Shown: piece by piece, positions 1 through 8,687 of the stretch
How positions within the stretch are numbered: the first letter of the stretch is position 1
Layout: every line of letters starts with the position of its first letter
Assembly (NCBI GenBank): GCA_964561085.1
Contig: CAZLNP010000002.1
Location: 75,440 to 139,439 of the forward strand
Source: an uncultured Candidatus Saccharibacteria bacterium
GTDB taxonomy: Bacteria; Patescibacteriota; Doudnabacteria; UBA920
Direction of reading: 5' to 3'
Length of the DNA stretch: 64,000 nt
The notes under the pieces: model-generated
The model's input: the letters and a program-made list of their open reading frames with translations, nothing else
The model's database searches: none
What the model was told of the DNA's origin: nothing
Program-made: the position numbers and the translations under genes

Positions 1-375
1 TCCTCTTTCAACTCAATCTAAATTCGGTTCTTGGTTCACCTTTGTTAGTATTTTAGGTTTGAAAAGATGCGCTTTGTTATATCAAGTAAGAATGGTTAGT
101 GCGAATAGGCTGCAAAGAAGGATAACCGCTCTTGATTCAGAAGATTTTGCTTTGGTAAAACAAAAACTCGAGAAACTACTCGAGCTTTGCAATTATCACT
201 GAGATAATTAAATCTCAGATCGGGGGATTTACCCAAAATTATTATAATCACCAGGACAAATATCCTGGATCGGTGCCAAACGCCAAATATATATTTATTT
301 TACAATTTTAGCAATCAGCCGTCAAGAAAAATTAAAAAATGATAAGAAATTAGTTGCGTATGTTAAAATGAATAT

Positions 376-771
376 ATGAATGAATACAATTGGTACGCGC
401 AACTTATCAAGCCTGAATGGGCACCACCGGCTTGGCTATTTGGCCCTGTGTGGACTGTTCTCTATGTAATCATCGCCATTACGTTTATAACGGTAGTAGT
501 GATGGTGTGGAAGAAAAAATGGCCAAAGAGTATGTTGTGGCCGTTCATGTTGAACTTAGTGTTTAATTTTAGCTTCACGCCGCTTCAATTTGGATTGCAA
601 AATAACTTTTTAGCTGCCATAGATATATTGTTGGTGCTAGGAACTTTGGTGTGGACAATGTACGCAGTTTGGCCAAAGGCGCGCTGGATCACTTACGCGT
701 TAATTCCATATTTGCTATGGGTTAGTTTCGCATCGGTGTTACAACTCTCAATTACTTACTTAAATCTATAG
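376..771 (+). CDS. TspO/MBR-family tryptophan-rich membrane protein
   Basis: 131 aa, about 5 TM helices. The Trp-rich N-terminus (LIKPEWAPPAWLFGPVWTVLY) resembles the TspO signature. Assignment is by motif memory, not search. Confidence 0.55.
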   Translation: MNEYNWYAQLIKPEWAPPAWLFGPVWTVLYVIIAITFITVVVMVWKKKWPKSMLWPFMLNLVFNFSFTPLQFGLQNNFLAAIDILLVLGTLVWTMYAVWPKARWITYALIPYLLWVSFASVLQLSITYLNL

Positions 772-773
772 CT

Positions 774-1088
774 ATGTATTCCGATGAAATTAAAAAAGTT
801 ATCCAACAAGTGAAGGATGGTAAAGCCGTCGTGTTAGATGTGCGTCGACCTGATGAATATAGAGGCGGCCATGCAAAAGATGCGGTGCATTTAGATAGCG
901 ATCGTTTACTTGGTTTAGGGGAGTCTCCAGACATAGATAAAGAAATGCCAATTTACGCATATTGTAAAAGCGGTGGTCGTGCAGGGAGAGTGAAGAATGA
1001 GTTAACTCGCCGTGGTTTTACGAAAGTATATAACTTGGGTGGTTTTGCCGATTGGGAAGCTGCTGGTGGAGAGGTGGGGATAGAATAA
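774..1088 (+). CDS. rhodanese-domain sulfurtransferase
   Basis: Single rhodanese domain: VVLDVRRPDEY...H...A..L, with an active-site Cys loop YCKSGGRAGR. Confidence 0.7.
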   Translation: MYSDEIKKVIQQVKDGKAVVLDVRRPDEYRGGHAKDAVHLDSDRLLGLGESPDIDKEMPIYAYCKSGGRAGRVKNELTRRGFTKVYNLGGFADWEAAGGEVGIE

Positions 1089-1090
1089 TT

Positions 1091-2482
1091 TTGACTAAAA
1101 CAATTTTCAAATGGGACGCGCAGGCAGAGCGAGCGCTGGAACTAATGGAACATGGCAATGACCATGTTTTTATTACTGGGCAAGCAGGAACAGGGAAGTC
1201 GACTTTGCTTGAACACTTTCGTCGTACAACAGAGAAGAACATAGTAGTCTTGGCGCCAACAGGTGTGGCTGCTGCAAATGTTGGGGGTCGCACTATTCAT
1301 TCTTTTTGTGGTATTGGTCCAAGTTCAAACATGACTAAAGCCAATAAGTTAAATCCCAACGATCCGCATAAGGAAGTGGTACAGCATTTGGATATGGTGA
1401 TTATTGATGAAGCCTCCATGGTTCGTGCTGACCTTTTAGACTATTTCGATAAATTCCTGCGTGCTAACACAAACGAACCAAAGCGCGCGTTCGGTGGAGT
1501 GCAGATTGTGTTAGTAGGAGATTTGTATCAGTTGTCACCGGTTGTGACTTCTAATGAAACGCAGATGTTTACGAAGACGTATCCAACGCCATACTTTTTT
1601 TCTGCAAATATTTTTCAACAAATTAGTTTTAAGTTTGTGGAGCTAGATGTAGTGCATAGGCAGAAGGATCGCGCTTTCCTGAAATTGCTTCAGTCTATTC
1701 GCGTGAACTCGGCAAAGACAGATGAGTTGAAGGAAATTAACAGCCGCCTAGTAGACCAAGATGCAAATGACATTGAAGACTTCACCGTGTACCTCTCTAC
1801 TACGAATGCAATTGCGGAGAGAGTGAACGGGTACAAGCTTAGTCAGGTGGATGGCGAAGTAAAAAGTTTCCAAGGAATTTTTACAGGGCGTTCAGATAGC
1901 TTTCAACCACCAGCAGAAAAAGACTTAAAGTTAAAAGTTGGTGCGCAGGTGATGATGCTTAATAACGAAAAAACTGGTAAGTGGGTGAATGGCACAGTCG
2001 GAAAGTTTTTGGGAGTGTATAAACAGACTAAGCAAGAGTTAGAAAAAGAAATGCGCGGCAGTGGAGCAGAAAATGGTGGCGAGTTGTTAATGGTGGAATT
2101 GGAAGATGGCACCACGCAATACATTCCGCGCAATCGGTGGGATATTATTGACTTCGTTTGGGATGAACAAGATGGCGCTGTGGAAAGTGATGTAGTGGGA
2201 ACGTACAGTCAGTATCCGGTTAAATTGGCTTGGGCGATTACGATTCACAAAAGCCAGGGCAAGACTTTTGATAATGTGGTGATAGACCTGGGTAGGGGCG
2301 CTTTTGCTCATGGGCAGCTTTATGTGGCTTTGAGCCGTTGCCGCACGCTAGAGGGCATAGAACTCATCAGAGAGGCTTCTATGGGCGATATTAAGATGGA
2401 TGCGCGCGTAGTTGAATTCCTCGACATTTGCCGTAAATTCGGGGAGCGGAATGTGATGCTTGGGGGTGGGGGGTTGTTTTAG
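1091..2482 (+). CDS. PIF1/RecD-like SF1 helicase (AAA_30 + UvrD_C-like)
   Basis: Walker A FITGQAGTGKST, motif Ia VLAPTGVAAANVGG, Walker B IIDEASMV, and a C-terminal ITIHKSQG...LYVALSRCR block typical of PIF1 family. The ORF track starts at TTG 1052. TTG 1091 sits 2 nt after the rhodanese stop and has an upstream GGAGAGGTGGGGA Shine-Dalgarno (SD) sequence. The start is uncertain; 1052 and 1145 are alternatives. Confidence 0.65.
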   Translation: MTKTIFKWDAQAERALELMEHGNDHVFITGQAGTGKSTLLEHFRRTTEKNIVVLAPTGVAAANVGGRTIHSFCGIGPSSNMTKANKLNPNDPHKEVVQHLDMVIIDEASMVRADLLDYFDKFLRANTNEPKRAFGGVQIVLVGDLYQLSPVVTSNETQMFTKTYPTPYFFSANIFQQISFKFVELDVVHRQKDRAFLKLLQSIRVNSAKTDELKEINSRLVDQDANDIEDFTVYLSTTNAIAERVNGYKLSQVDGEVKSFQGIFTGRSDSFQPPAEKDLKLKVGAQVMMLNNEKTGKWVNGTVGKFLGVYKQTKQELEKEMRGSGAENGGELLMVELEDGTTQYIPRNRWDIIDFVWDEQDGAVESDVVGTYSQYPVKLAWAITIHKSQGKTFDNVVIDLGRGAFAHGQLYVALSRCRTLEGIELIREASMGDIKMDARVVEFLDICRKFGERNVMLGGGGLF

Positions 2483-2535
2483 AAAATTTAGAATTCAATA
2501 ATTTTATATTCTAATTTTTAGTAAAAAATTAGAAT

Positions 2536-2576
2536 TTGACAAATCTGTATAACTAGTTTATGCTTTGTGTATAAGT
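2536..2576 (+). promoter_or_regulatory. putative sigma70-like promoter for the fic-hsdM operon, with upstream AATTAGAAT repeats
   Basis: TTGACA at 2536-2541, a 17-nt spacer, then TATGCT; an overlapping TGTGTATAAG extended -10 lies at 2567-2576. Three direct/inverted copies of AATTAGAAT(T/A) at 2488-2535 could be an operator. No transcript data. Confidence 0.3.
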
Positions 2577-2587
2577 AATACAGAACT

Positions 2588-3727
2588 ATGTCAAAATCTC
2601 GATGGATCTCAGGTTCCTATAAGAAACAATTCGAATACAAAAGCTTTTCACCCGAAATGGTAAATAAGCCTTTTGTATGGACTGATCCAAGCATAGATTT
2701 GCTGATGGCCGATTCTATGCGTTTTCTTGGTGAGCTAAATGCTTATTCGACACTAGTTCCTGATGTAAACTTTTTTATTCAAATGCATGTTATTAAGGAA
2801 GCCACAGTCTCTAGTCGTATTGAAGGAACTAAAACTAACATTAACGAAGCGTTGCTTTCAGAGGAAGATATTAAACCAGAAAAGCGTGATGACTGGGAAG
2901 AAGTTCAAAACTATATCCAAGCAATTAATTTTTCGATAGATAAGTTAAATAGCTTGCCGATTTCTTTCCGTTTAATTAAAGAAACTCACAAAGTATTACT
3001 TTCGGGTGTTCGTGGGTATAGTAAGCTTCCTGGGGAAATTCGAACAAGTCAAAACTGGATTGGTGGATCAAGTATTACAGATGCAGCATTTGTCCCGCCT
3101 CATCACGAGGATCTACCAGAACTTCTTAGTGATATCGAAAAGTTTTGGCATAATAGAGATTTGCAAATACCTGATTTAATTAAAGCAGCGATTACACACT
3201 ACCAATTTGAAACTATTCATCCATTTTTGGATGGTAATGGTAGAATGGGCCGCTTATTGATAACTTTGCAATTAGTAGACCAGGGAATACTCCAAAAACC
3301 AACGTTGTATGTTTCTGAGTTCTTTGAAAAGCATCGCGCACAGTATTATGATGCACTCTCTCAAGTAAGACAGTCCAATGATATTGAGCATTGGATAAAG
3401 TTCTTTCTAACTGGAATTTCTGAAACAGCCAAGAAAGGTAAAATTACTTTTGAGAAAATTATTGTTCTTCGAAAGAAGTACGAAGATGTTATTGAAAGCA
3501 GGCTGAGTCCAGCACGTCAAAAAACTGCTAAGGAACTCTTGAAGAAGTTATTTTCCAAACCAATGGTAACTGTTCGAGAAATTAAGGAAATGATGAATGT
3601 TTCTACTCAAACAGCGGCTGTGTTAGCAAAAGAATTTGAAGAAGCAGGTTTGATTAAAGAAAAAACTGGGCTTTCAAAAAACCGAATTTTCTTTCTTCAA
3701 GAATATATAGATCTATTTATTAAATAA
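2588..3727 (+). CDS. Fic/DOC family protein (Fic_N + Fic core + C-terminal wHTH)
   Basis: Canonical Fic motif [14 protein letters not shown]; 379 aa. Confidence 0.85.
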   Translation: MSKSRWISGSYKKQFEYKSFSPEMVNKPFVWTDPSIDLLMADSMRFLGELNAYSTLVPDVNFFIQMHVIKEATVSSRIEGTKTNINEALLSEEDIKPEKRDDWEEVQNYIQAINFSIDKLNSLPISFRLIKETHKVLLSGVRGYSKLPGEIRTSQNWIGGSSITDAAFVPPHHEDLPELLSDIEKFWHNRDLQIPDLIKAAITHYQFETIHPFLDGNGRMGRLLITLQLVDQGILQKPTLYVSEFFEKHRAQYYDALSQVRQSNDIEHWIKFFLTGISETAKKGKITFEKIIVLRKKYEDVIESRLSPARQKTAKELLKKLFSKPMVTVREIKEMMNVSTQTAAVLAKEFEEAGLIKEKTGLSKNRIFFLQEYIDLFIK

Positions 3728-3733
3728 AAAACT

Positions 3734-5722
3734 ATGGAAAACTTTTCACAAAAAACTTCAATGATTTGGAATATCGCGGACATTCTTCGCGGTGGCTGGA
3801 AGCAACATGAATATCAAGATGTAATCTTGCCTTTTGTTGTTCTTAAACGTCTTGATTCGATTTTAGAACCAACTAAGACAAAAGTTCTTGAACAGCATAA
3901 CCAATGGAAAGGCAAGATTAAAGATGTCGAGCCGATTCTAAAAAAAGCTTCAGGATCAGAGTTTTTTAACGTGTCACCATATGATCTCCATAAATTAACT
4001 GAAGACCCAAATAACATTGCTAAAAACTTTGATCAGTACTTACAAGATTACAGTGAAAATATTCGCGATATCATCGAGAAGTTTGATTTTCATAAACAAC
4101 TAGAACGCCTTGAAGGTGGTAATTTGTTGTATTTAATTATTCAAGAATTAAATAAAGTAGATTTACACCCAGACAAAGTAGATAATCATCAAATGGGTTT
4201 AATTTTTGAAGAATTACTTCGAAAATTTTCGGAAATGTCCAATGAGACTGCGGGGGAGCACTATACTCCACGTGATGTAATTAAAATTATGGTGCAAATC
4301 TTGCTTTCACCAGATGCAAAAGAGCTAAATAAACCACATGTAATCAAAAAGATTTATGACCCCGCAGCCGGGACCGGCGGAATGTTAACAGTTGCCAAAG
4401 ACTACATTTTAGAGAACATTAACCCTAAAGCAGATATCTACTTGTACGGCCAAGAGTTAAACTCAGTTACTTATGCTATGGCAAAGTCAGACCTTCTAAT
4501 TAAAGGTGAAGATCCGAACTTGATTCGTGGTGGTGAAAAAGATCACTCTAAAGCAAGCACTCTTTCTAATGACCAATTTTTTGGTGAAGTATTCGACTAT
4601 GGACTTAGTAACCCACCTTATGGAGTAGATTGGAAAAAAGATAAAGATTTTGTAGAACGAGAGGCCACTCGAGGTTTCGCTAGTCGCTTTGGTGCAGGAA
4701 CTCCAAGAATCTCTGATGGGCAATTATTGTTCTTACAGCACTTAGTTTCTAAAATGAAACCTGTAAGCGAAGGTGGGACACGTTTGGCAATTGTTCACAA
4801 TGGCTCCCCATTATTTACCGGAGATGCTGGAAGTGGTGAAAGCGAAATTCGTCGTTGGCTTCTAGAAAAAGATTTATTGGAAACGATAGTAGCTTTACCA
4901 GACCAATTGTTTTACAACACAGGCATAAATACCTATTTGTGGTTTTTAAGTAATAAAAAGTCAGAGCAACGAGCTGGGAAGGTACAGCTAATTGATGGTC
5001 GTAATATGTTCATGAAAATGCGAAAAAGTTTAGGACATAAACGGCACGAAATTGACGATGAATCAAAAAAGAAAATTTTTGATCTGTACGATAAATTTGA
5101 AGAAAATGAATTCTCAAAAATATTCAAAACTACCGATTTCGCTTATAGACAGATTCAAATTGAACGTCCGTTGAGATTGAACTTCCAAGCATCTAAAGAG
5201 CGAATTGATCTAGTAAAAGAAGAAGCTGCTTTTCTAAAACTTAAACCTACTGAACAAGAAGAAATCATTACTATCTTAGAACAATTCCCAAACAAAGATC
5301 TATTTACTAACCGCGAAGAGTTTGTTAAAGTATTTGATCTTCAAACCAAGGAATTAAAACTTAAAGTTCCCGTAAAGAAAGCTATTTTAAACGCGCTTTC
5401 TGAACGTGATGAAAATGCAGATATTTGTTTAGATAGTAGTGATAAACCAGAAGCAGATAGTGAACTACGAGATTACGAAAATGTACCATGGGGAACAAAA
5501 GTAGAAGAATACTTTGAGAAAGAAGTTAAGCCCTATGTTGCAGATGCATGGATTAACGAAACTGTCCGAGATCACAAAGATAATGAGCTTGGTAAAGTTG
5601 GTTATGAGATTCCCTTTACACGGTATTTCTACAAATATGTTCCACTTCGTAGTTTAGAAGAAATTGAAGCTGATATAGAAACAGTGGAAAATGAATTATT
5701 AGATTTGTTAAAGCAACTATAA
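3734..5722 (+). CDS. hsdM: type I restriction-modification N6-adenine DNA methyltransferase subunit M
   Basis: HsdM N-terminal domain (NIADILRGG), SAM-binding motif I DPAAGTGGML, catalytic motif IV NPPYG. At 662 aa it has a C-terminal extension relative to typical HsdM. Confidence 0.9.
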   Translation: MENFSQKTSMIWNIADILRGGWKQHEYQDVILPFVVLKRLDSILEPTKTKVLEQHNQWKGKIKDVEPILKKASGSEFFNVSPYDLHKLTEDPNNIAKNFDQYLQDYSENIRDIIEKFDFHKQLERLEGGNLLYLIIQELNKVDLHPDKVDNHQMGLIFEELLRKFSEMSNETAGEHYTPRDVIKIMVQILLSPDAKELNKPHVIKKIYDPAAGTGGMLTVAKDYILENINPKADIYLYGQELNSVTYAMAKSDLLIKGEDPNLIRGGEKDHSKASTLSNDQFFGEVFDYGLSNPPYGVDWKKDKDFVEREATRGFASRFGAGTPRISDGQLLFLQHLVSKMKPVSEGGTRLAIVHNGSPLFTGDAGSGESEIRRWLLEKDLLETIVALPDQLFYNTGINTYLWFLSNKKSEQRAGKVQLIDGRNMFMKMRKSLGHKRHEIDDESKKKIFDLYDKFEENEFSKIFKTTDFAYRQIQIERPLRLNFQASKERIDLVKEEAAFLKLKPTEQEEIITILEQFPNKDLFTNREEFVKVFDLQTKELKLKVPVKKAILNALSERDENADICLDSSDKPEADSELRDYENVPWGTKVEEYFEKEVKPYVADAWINETVRDHKDNELGKVGYEIPFTRYFYKYVPLRSLEEIEADIETVENELLDLLKQL

Positions 5723-5723
5723 T

Positions 5724-6923
5724 ATGGCCCAAGATAATAATATAATTTGCCCTAACTGTGGAGCATCAATTTCAATTGATGATGCTTTGACACACCAAAT
5801 TGAAAACAAGCTCAAAAAAGAATACGAGGATAAAGAAAAGTCTTTAAGAGAGTCAATTGAGAAAGAATCTTCAAAGAAGCTAGAAGAAGATAAGGCTGAT
5901 ATGGAGATGAAAATAAAAGCGCAGATTCTGAAAGATGCTGAAGCAAGTAAGATAGCGGCTGATGAAAAAAATAAACTTCTTGAGGAACAACTTGCAGACA
6001 AAGATGCAAAACTAAAAGAAGCGCGTCAAAATGAAGTTGTTCTTATTAAAGAACAGCAAAAACTAAAAGACGACAAAGATGCTTTTGAGTTGGATAAGGA
6101 ACGCCAACTTGCTGAAGATAGAAAACAAATTGAAGAAAATGCTTCAAAAAAAGCCACAGATGCAAAACAATCCGAAATAGACCAACTTAATAAGAAGCTT
6201 TCTGATGCTACAAAAGCAAAAGACGAACTAGCTAGAAAACTAGAACAAGGATCTCAACAAACTCAAGGTGAAGTCCAAGAATTAGCTCTTGAGGAACTAC
6301 TTAAAAATGAGTTTATATTTGATGACATCTCACCTGTAGGCAAAGGTGTTAATGGCGCAGATGTTATTCAGACTGTTAAAACAAAGTCTGGTGTTGAGTG
6401 CGGAAAAATAATATGGGAATCTAAGAAAACTAAAACATGGACTGAGGGGTGGATACAAAAACTCAAAGATGATCAAAGACAAGTAAAAGCAGATCTTGCT
6501 GTCATTATAACGTCTGCAATGCCTCAAGGAACAAGCGGTATCACCCAGAAAGATGGTGTATGGATTTGTGATATCAAATTGGCTTTATCAATAGCAATTC
6601 TACTAAGACACTCACTGGAAACTGTTTCCAGAGAAAAGTCTATGTCTGTAGGGAAAAATGAAAAAGTTGAAATACTTTATGCGTACCTCACTGGTACAGA
6701 ATTTAAGCAAAGAATTGAAGTAATAGTAGAGACATTTTCTAGTATGAAAAAATCTCTTGATAAAGAGAAGCTTTACTTCACAAAAATTTGGGCAGAAAAA
6801 GAAAAGCAAATAGATCGAGTTATCCAAAATACTATAGGTATTTATGGTGATTTGAGCGGAGTTGTTCAATTACAAAAGATTGAGTCACTTGAACTACCTA
6901 GTAGAGAAGATAAAGAAGAATAA
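5724..6923 (+). CDS. DUF2130-like protein: N-terminal Zn-ribbon (CPNCG), long coiled coil, C-terminal putative nuclease-like domain
   Basis: N-terminus is ...ICPNCGASISIDD. About 200 aa follow of charged heptad-rich sequence. The C-terminal domain has a D...ExK-like arrangement (GADVIQTV...IIWESKK). Position between hsdM and hsdS. The family call is from memory. Confidence 0.5.
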   Translation: MAQDNNIICPNCGASISIDDALTHQIENKLKKEYEDKEKSLRESIEKESSKKLEEDKADMEMKIKAQILKDAEASKIAADEKNKLLEEQLADKDAKLKEARQNEVVLIKEQQKLKDDKDAFELDKERQLAEDRKQIEENASKKATDAKQSEIDQLNKKLSDATKAKDELARKLEQGSQQTQGEVQELALEELLKNEFIFDDISPVGKGVNGADVIQTVKTKSGVECGKIIWESKKTKTWTEGWIQKLKDDQRQVKADLAVIITSAMPQGTSGITQKDGVWICDIKLALSIAILLRHSLETVSREKSMSVGKNEKVEILYAYLTGTEFKQRIEVIVETFSSMKKSLDKEKLYFTKIWAEKEKQIDRVIQNTIGIYGDLSGVVQLQKIESLELPSREDKEE

Positions 6924-6924
6924 T

Positions 6925-8235
6925 ATGCAAACACTTAATCTTACAAAAAAATACGAAGTTTACCCTGAATACAAAGATTCAGGTGTTGAGTGGTTAGGGA
7001 TGATTCCAAAAGAATGGAGAGTGGGAAAAGTTAAAGAAGTTTTTAAACTTTTAAAAGAAAGATCCTTCAATAATTCTGAATCTGAAATATTATCGCTCAC
7101 ATTAAATGGTATAAAAACTAGAGATGTTTCAAATAATGAAGGACAAATCGCTGCGAGTTATGAGGGTTATAGAAAAATAATCAAGGGAGATATTGTATTA
7201 AACCCGATGGATCTTGTGAGGGGTTTTGTTGATTCTTCTAAGTATGAAGGCATTATTAGCCCTGCTTATGCTACATTAAGAAAAAAAGATAAAGAGATAA
7301 ATTCACAATATTATAATTATTTTTTTCAAAAACATTACTTTGAAGGCATATTTCACCCTTTTGGTAATGGTGTTTCAGTAGATCATCGTTGGACGCTAAA
7401 AGATGATACGTTAGTTAATTTCCCAGTTCTAACAATTCCATTTGAACAACAAACAAAAATTGCAAAATTCTTAGACCAGAAAACTATTTTGATTGATAAG
7501 ATTATTGAGAAAAAGAAAAAGCAAATTGAGTTAATAAAGGGGGAAAGGAGAGTAATAATAAATAATGCTATTACAAAAGGGCTGGGTAAAAGTGTAGAGA
7601 TGTTTGATAGCGGAGTTGAATGGATCGGAAAGATACCTAAAGGATGGAGTATCGAGAAATTAAAAAATAGAACAACTTTTCTTAATGGTTATTCATTTGA
7701 TAGTGGTGAATATGTAAATGATGGTTTACCAATAATAAGAATATCTGATGTAGGGCAAGAAGTTGATTTTACTAAGGTTAAAAGAGTTCCTTATATTTTG
7801 AGAGCAAAAATTAATAGATTTTTAGTTAAAAAAAATGATTTACTGATTGCTTTAACTGGAGGAACAATAGGTAAGACATCTATTTACGACAAACTTGACG
7901 AAGTCTATTTGAATCAGAGAGTTGGAATCATAAGACCAAACAATGAATTAGACTTAACCTTCTTAAAATTTCAGATTGCTTCAAATGTTTTCAAAAAAAA
8001 TATAGATTTACTTTGTATCGGAGGAGCACAACCTAATATAGGAAAAAATGAAATAGGGAATATTTTATTCCCATTTCCAAGCAAAGACGAACAAAAGGAA
8101 ATATCAAGATATCTTGAAGTGAAAAATAGAGTTTGTGATGAGGCTATAAGTAAGATAGAGTCTACAATAGAAAAATTAAATGAGTACAAAATTTCTCTTA
8201 TTTCCGATGTTATAACAGGAAAGGTAAAAGTATAA
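6925..8235 (+). CDS. hsdS: type I restriction-modification specificity subunit S (two target recognition domains, TRDs)
   Basis: Two TRDs separated by conserved coiled-coil repeats: LIDKIIEKKKKQIELIKGERR centrally and ESTIEKLNEYKISLISDVITGKV at the C-terminus. Very AT-rich. ATG 6925 lies 1 nt after the upstream stop; the ORF-track start 6862 overlaps the previous gene. Confidence 0.85.
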   Translation: MQTLNLTKKYEVYPEYKDSGVEWLGMIPKEWRVGKVKEVFKLLKERSFNNSESEILSLTLNGIKTRDVSNNEGQIAASYEGYRKIIKGDIVLNPMDLVRGFVDSSKYEGIISPAYATLRKKDKEINSQYYNYFFQKHYFEGIFHPFGNGVSVDHRWTLKDDTLVNFPVLTIPFEQQTKIAKFLDQKTILIDKIIEKKKKQIELIKGERRVIINNAITKGLGKSVEMFDSGVEWIGKIPKGWSIEKLKNRTTFLNGYSFDSGEYVNDGLPIIRISDVGQEVDFTKVKRVPYILRAKINRFLVKKNDLLIALTGGTIGKTSIYDKLDEVYLNQRVGIIRPNNELDLTFLKFQIASNVFKKNIDLLCIGGAQPNIGKNEIGNILFPFPSKDEQKEISRYLEVKNRVCDEAISKIESTIEKLNEYKISLISDVITGKVKV

Positions 8236-8237
8236 AC

Positions 8238-8687
8238 ATGTCTCAATTTCAACTTACAACTGAATTAATTAAACTTAGTTTTTCCCCAATATGGGATGAA
8301 GCTAAATTAGAGTGGGAACTAATCGGAGTTGAAAAAGTCTCTGAGTCAGATGCTGAAGAATGTGTCTGCGGCAAGTACCCAATATTGGAGATTTGCACAA
8401 TTAAAAATAAGATAAACAATAATACAGCCAGAGTTGGTAATTCTTGTGTAAAGAAGTTCATTAATGAGTCAGATAAGATATTTCGATCTATTTCTCAAAT
8501 TAAGAAAAGTATTGATAAGTCACTTAACGCAGAAACAATCAGCTTTGCTTTTGAGAAGCATTGGATTACACAAAAGGATAGAAATTTTTACATTGACATA
8601 TTCAGAAAAAGAAATCTTTCAGAAAAACAAAGTAATTGGAAGACTTCAATAAATAAAAAAATTCTGAATAGGATAAAATATGAGTGA
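8238..8687 (+). CDS. hypothetical small protein with a Cys cluster (CxC-x8-C-x~15-C)
   Basis: 149 aa, starts 3 nt after the hsdS stop. Sequence EECVCGKYPILEICT...VGNSCVKKF is a possible Zn-binding site. Lys-rich C-terminus. I recognise no family. Confidence 0.4.
   Translation: MSQFQLTTELIKLSFSPIWDEAKLEWELIGVEKVSESDAEECVCGKYPILEICTIKNKINNNTARVGNSCVKKFINESDKIFRSISQIKKSIDKSLNAETISFAFEKHWITQKDRNFYIDIFRKRNLSEKQSNWKTSINKKILNRIKYE

Noticed and set aside
752-934. Minus-strand 60-aa ORF overlapping the rhodanese gene. The same holds for 1018-1293, 1903-2133, 2087-2311, 3814-4017, 4496-4723, 4933-5127, 5717-6009, 6330-6869, 7971-8461, 9042-9254, 11556-11759, 12623-12829, 13192-13395 and 13768-14241.
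   Set aside because: All lie antisense to or nested within strongly supported genes with recognisable motifs. They have no SD sequences and low-complexity or biased composition, the typical shadow ORFs of AT-rich sequence.
2461-2482. G-run (GGGGGTGGGGGGTTG) at the 3' end of the helicase gene, as a possible G-quadruplex or slippery homopolymer.
   Set aside because: It simply encodes the GGGGLF C-terminus. Only two G-tracts are present, so it cannot form a quadruplex, and there is no evidence of phase variation.
8464-8652. 62-aa + strand ORF nested in another frame of ORF 8238-8687.
   Set aside because: It sits entirely inside the longer ORF, which is translationally coupled to hsdS. It has no independent start signal.
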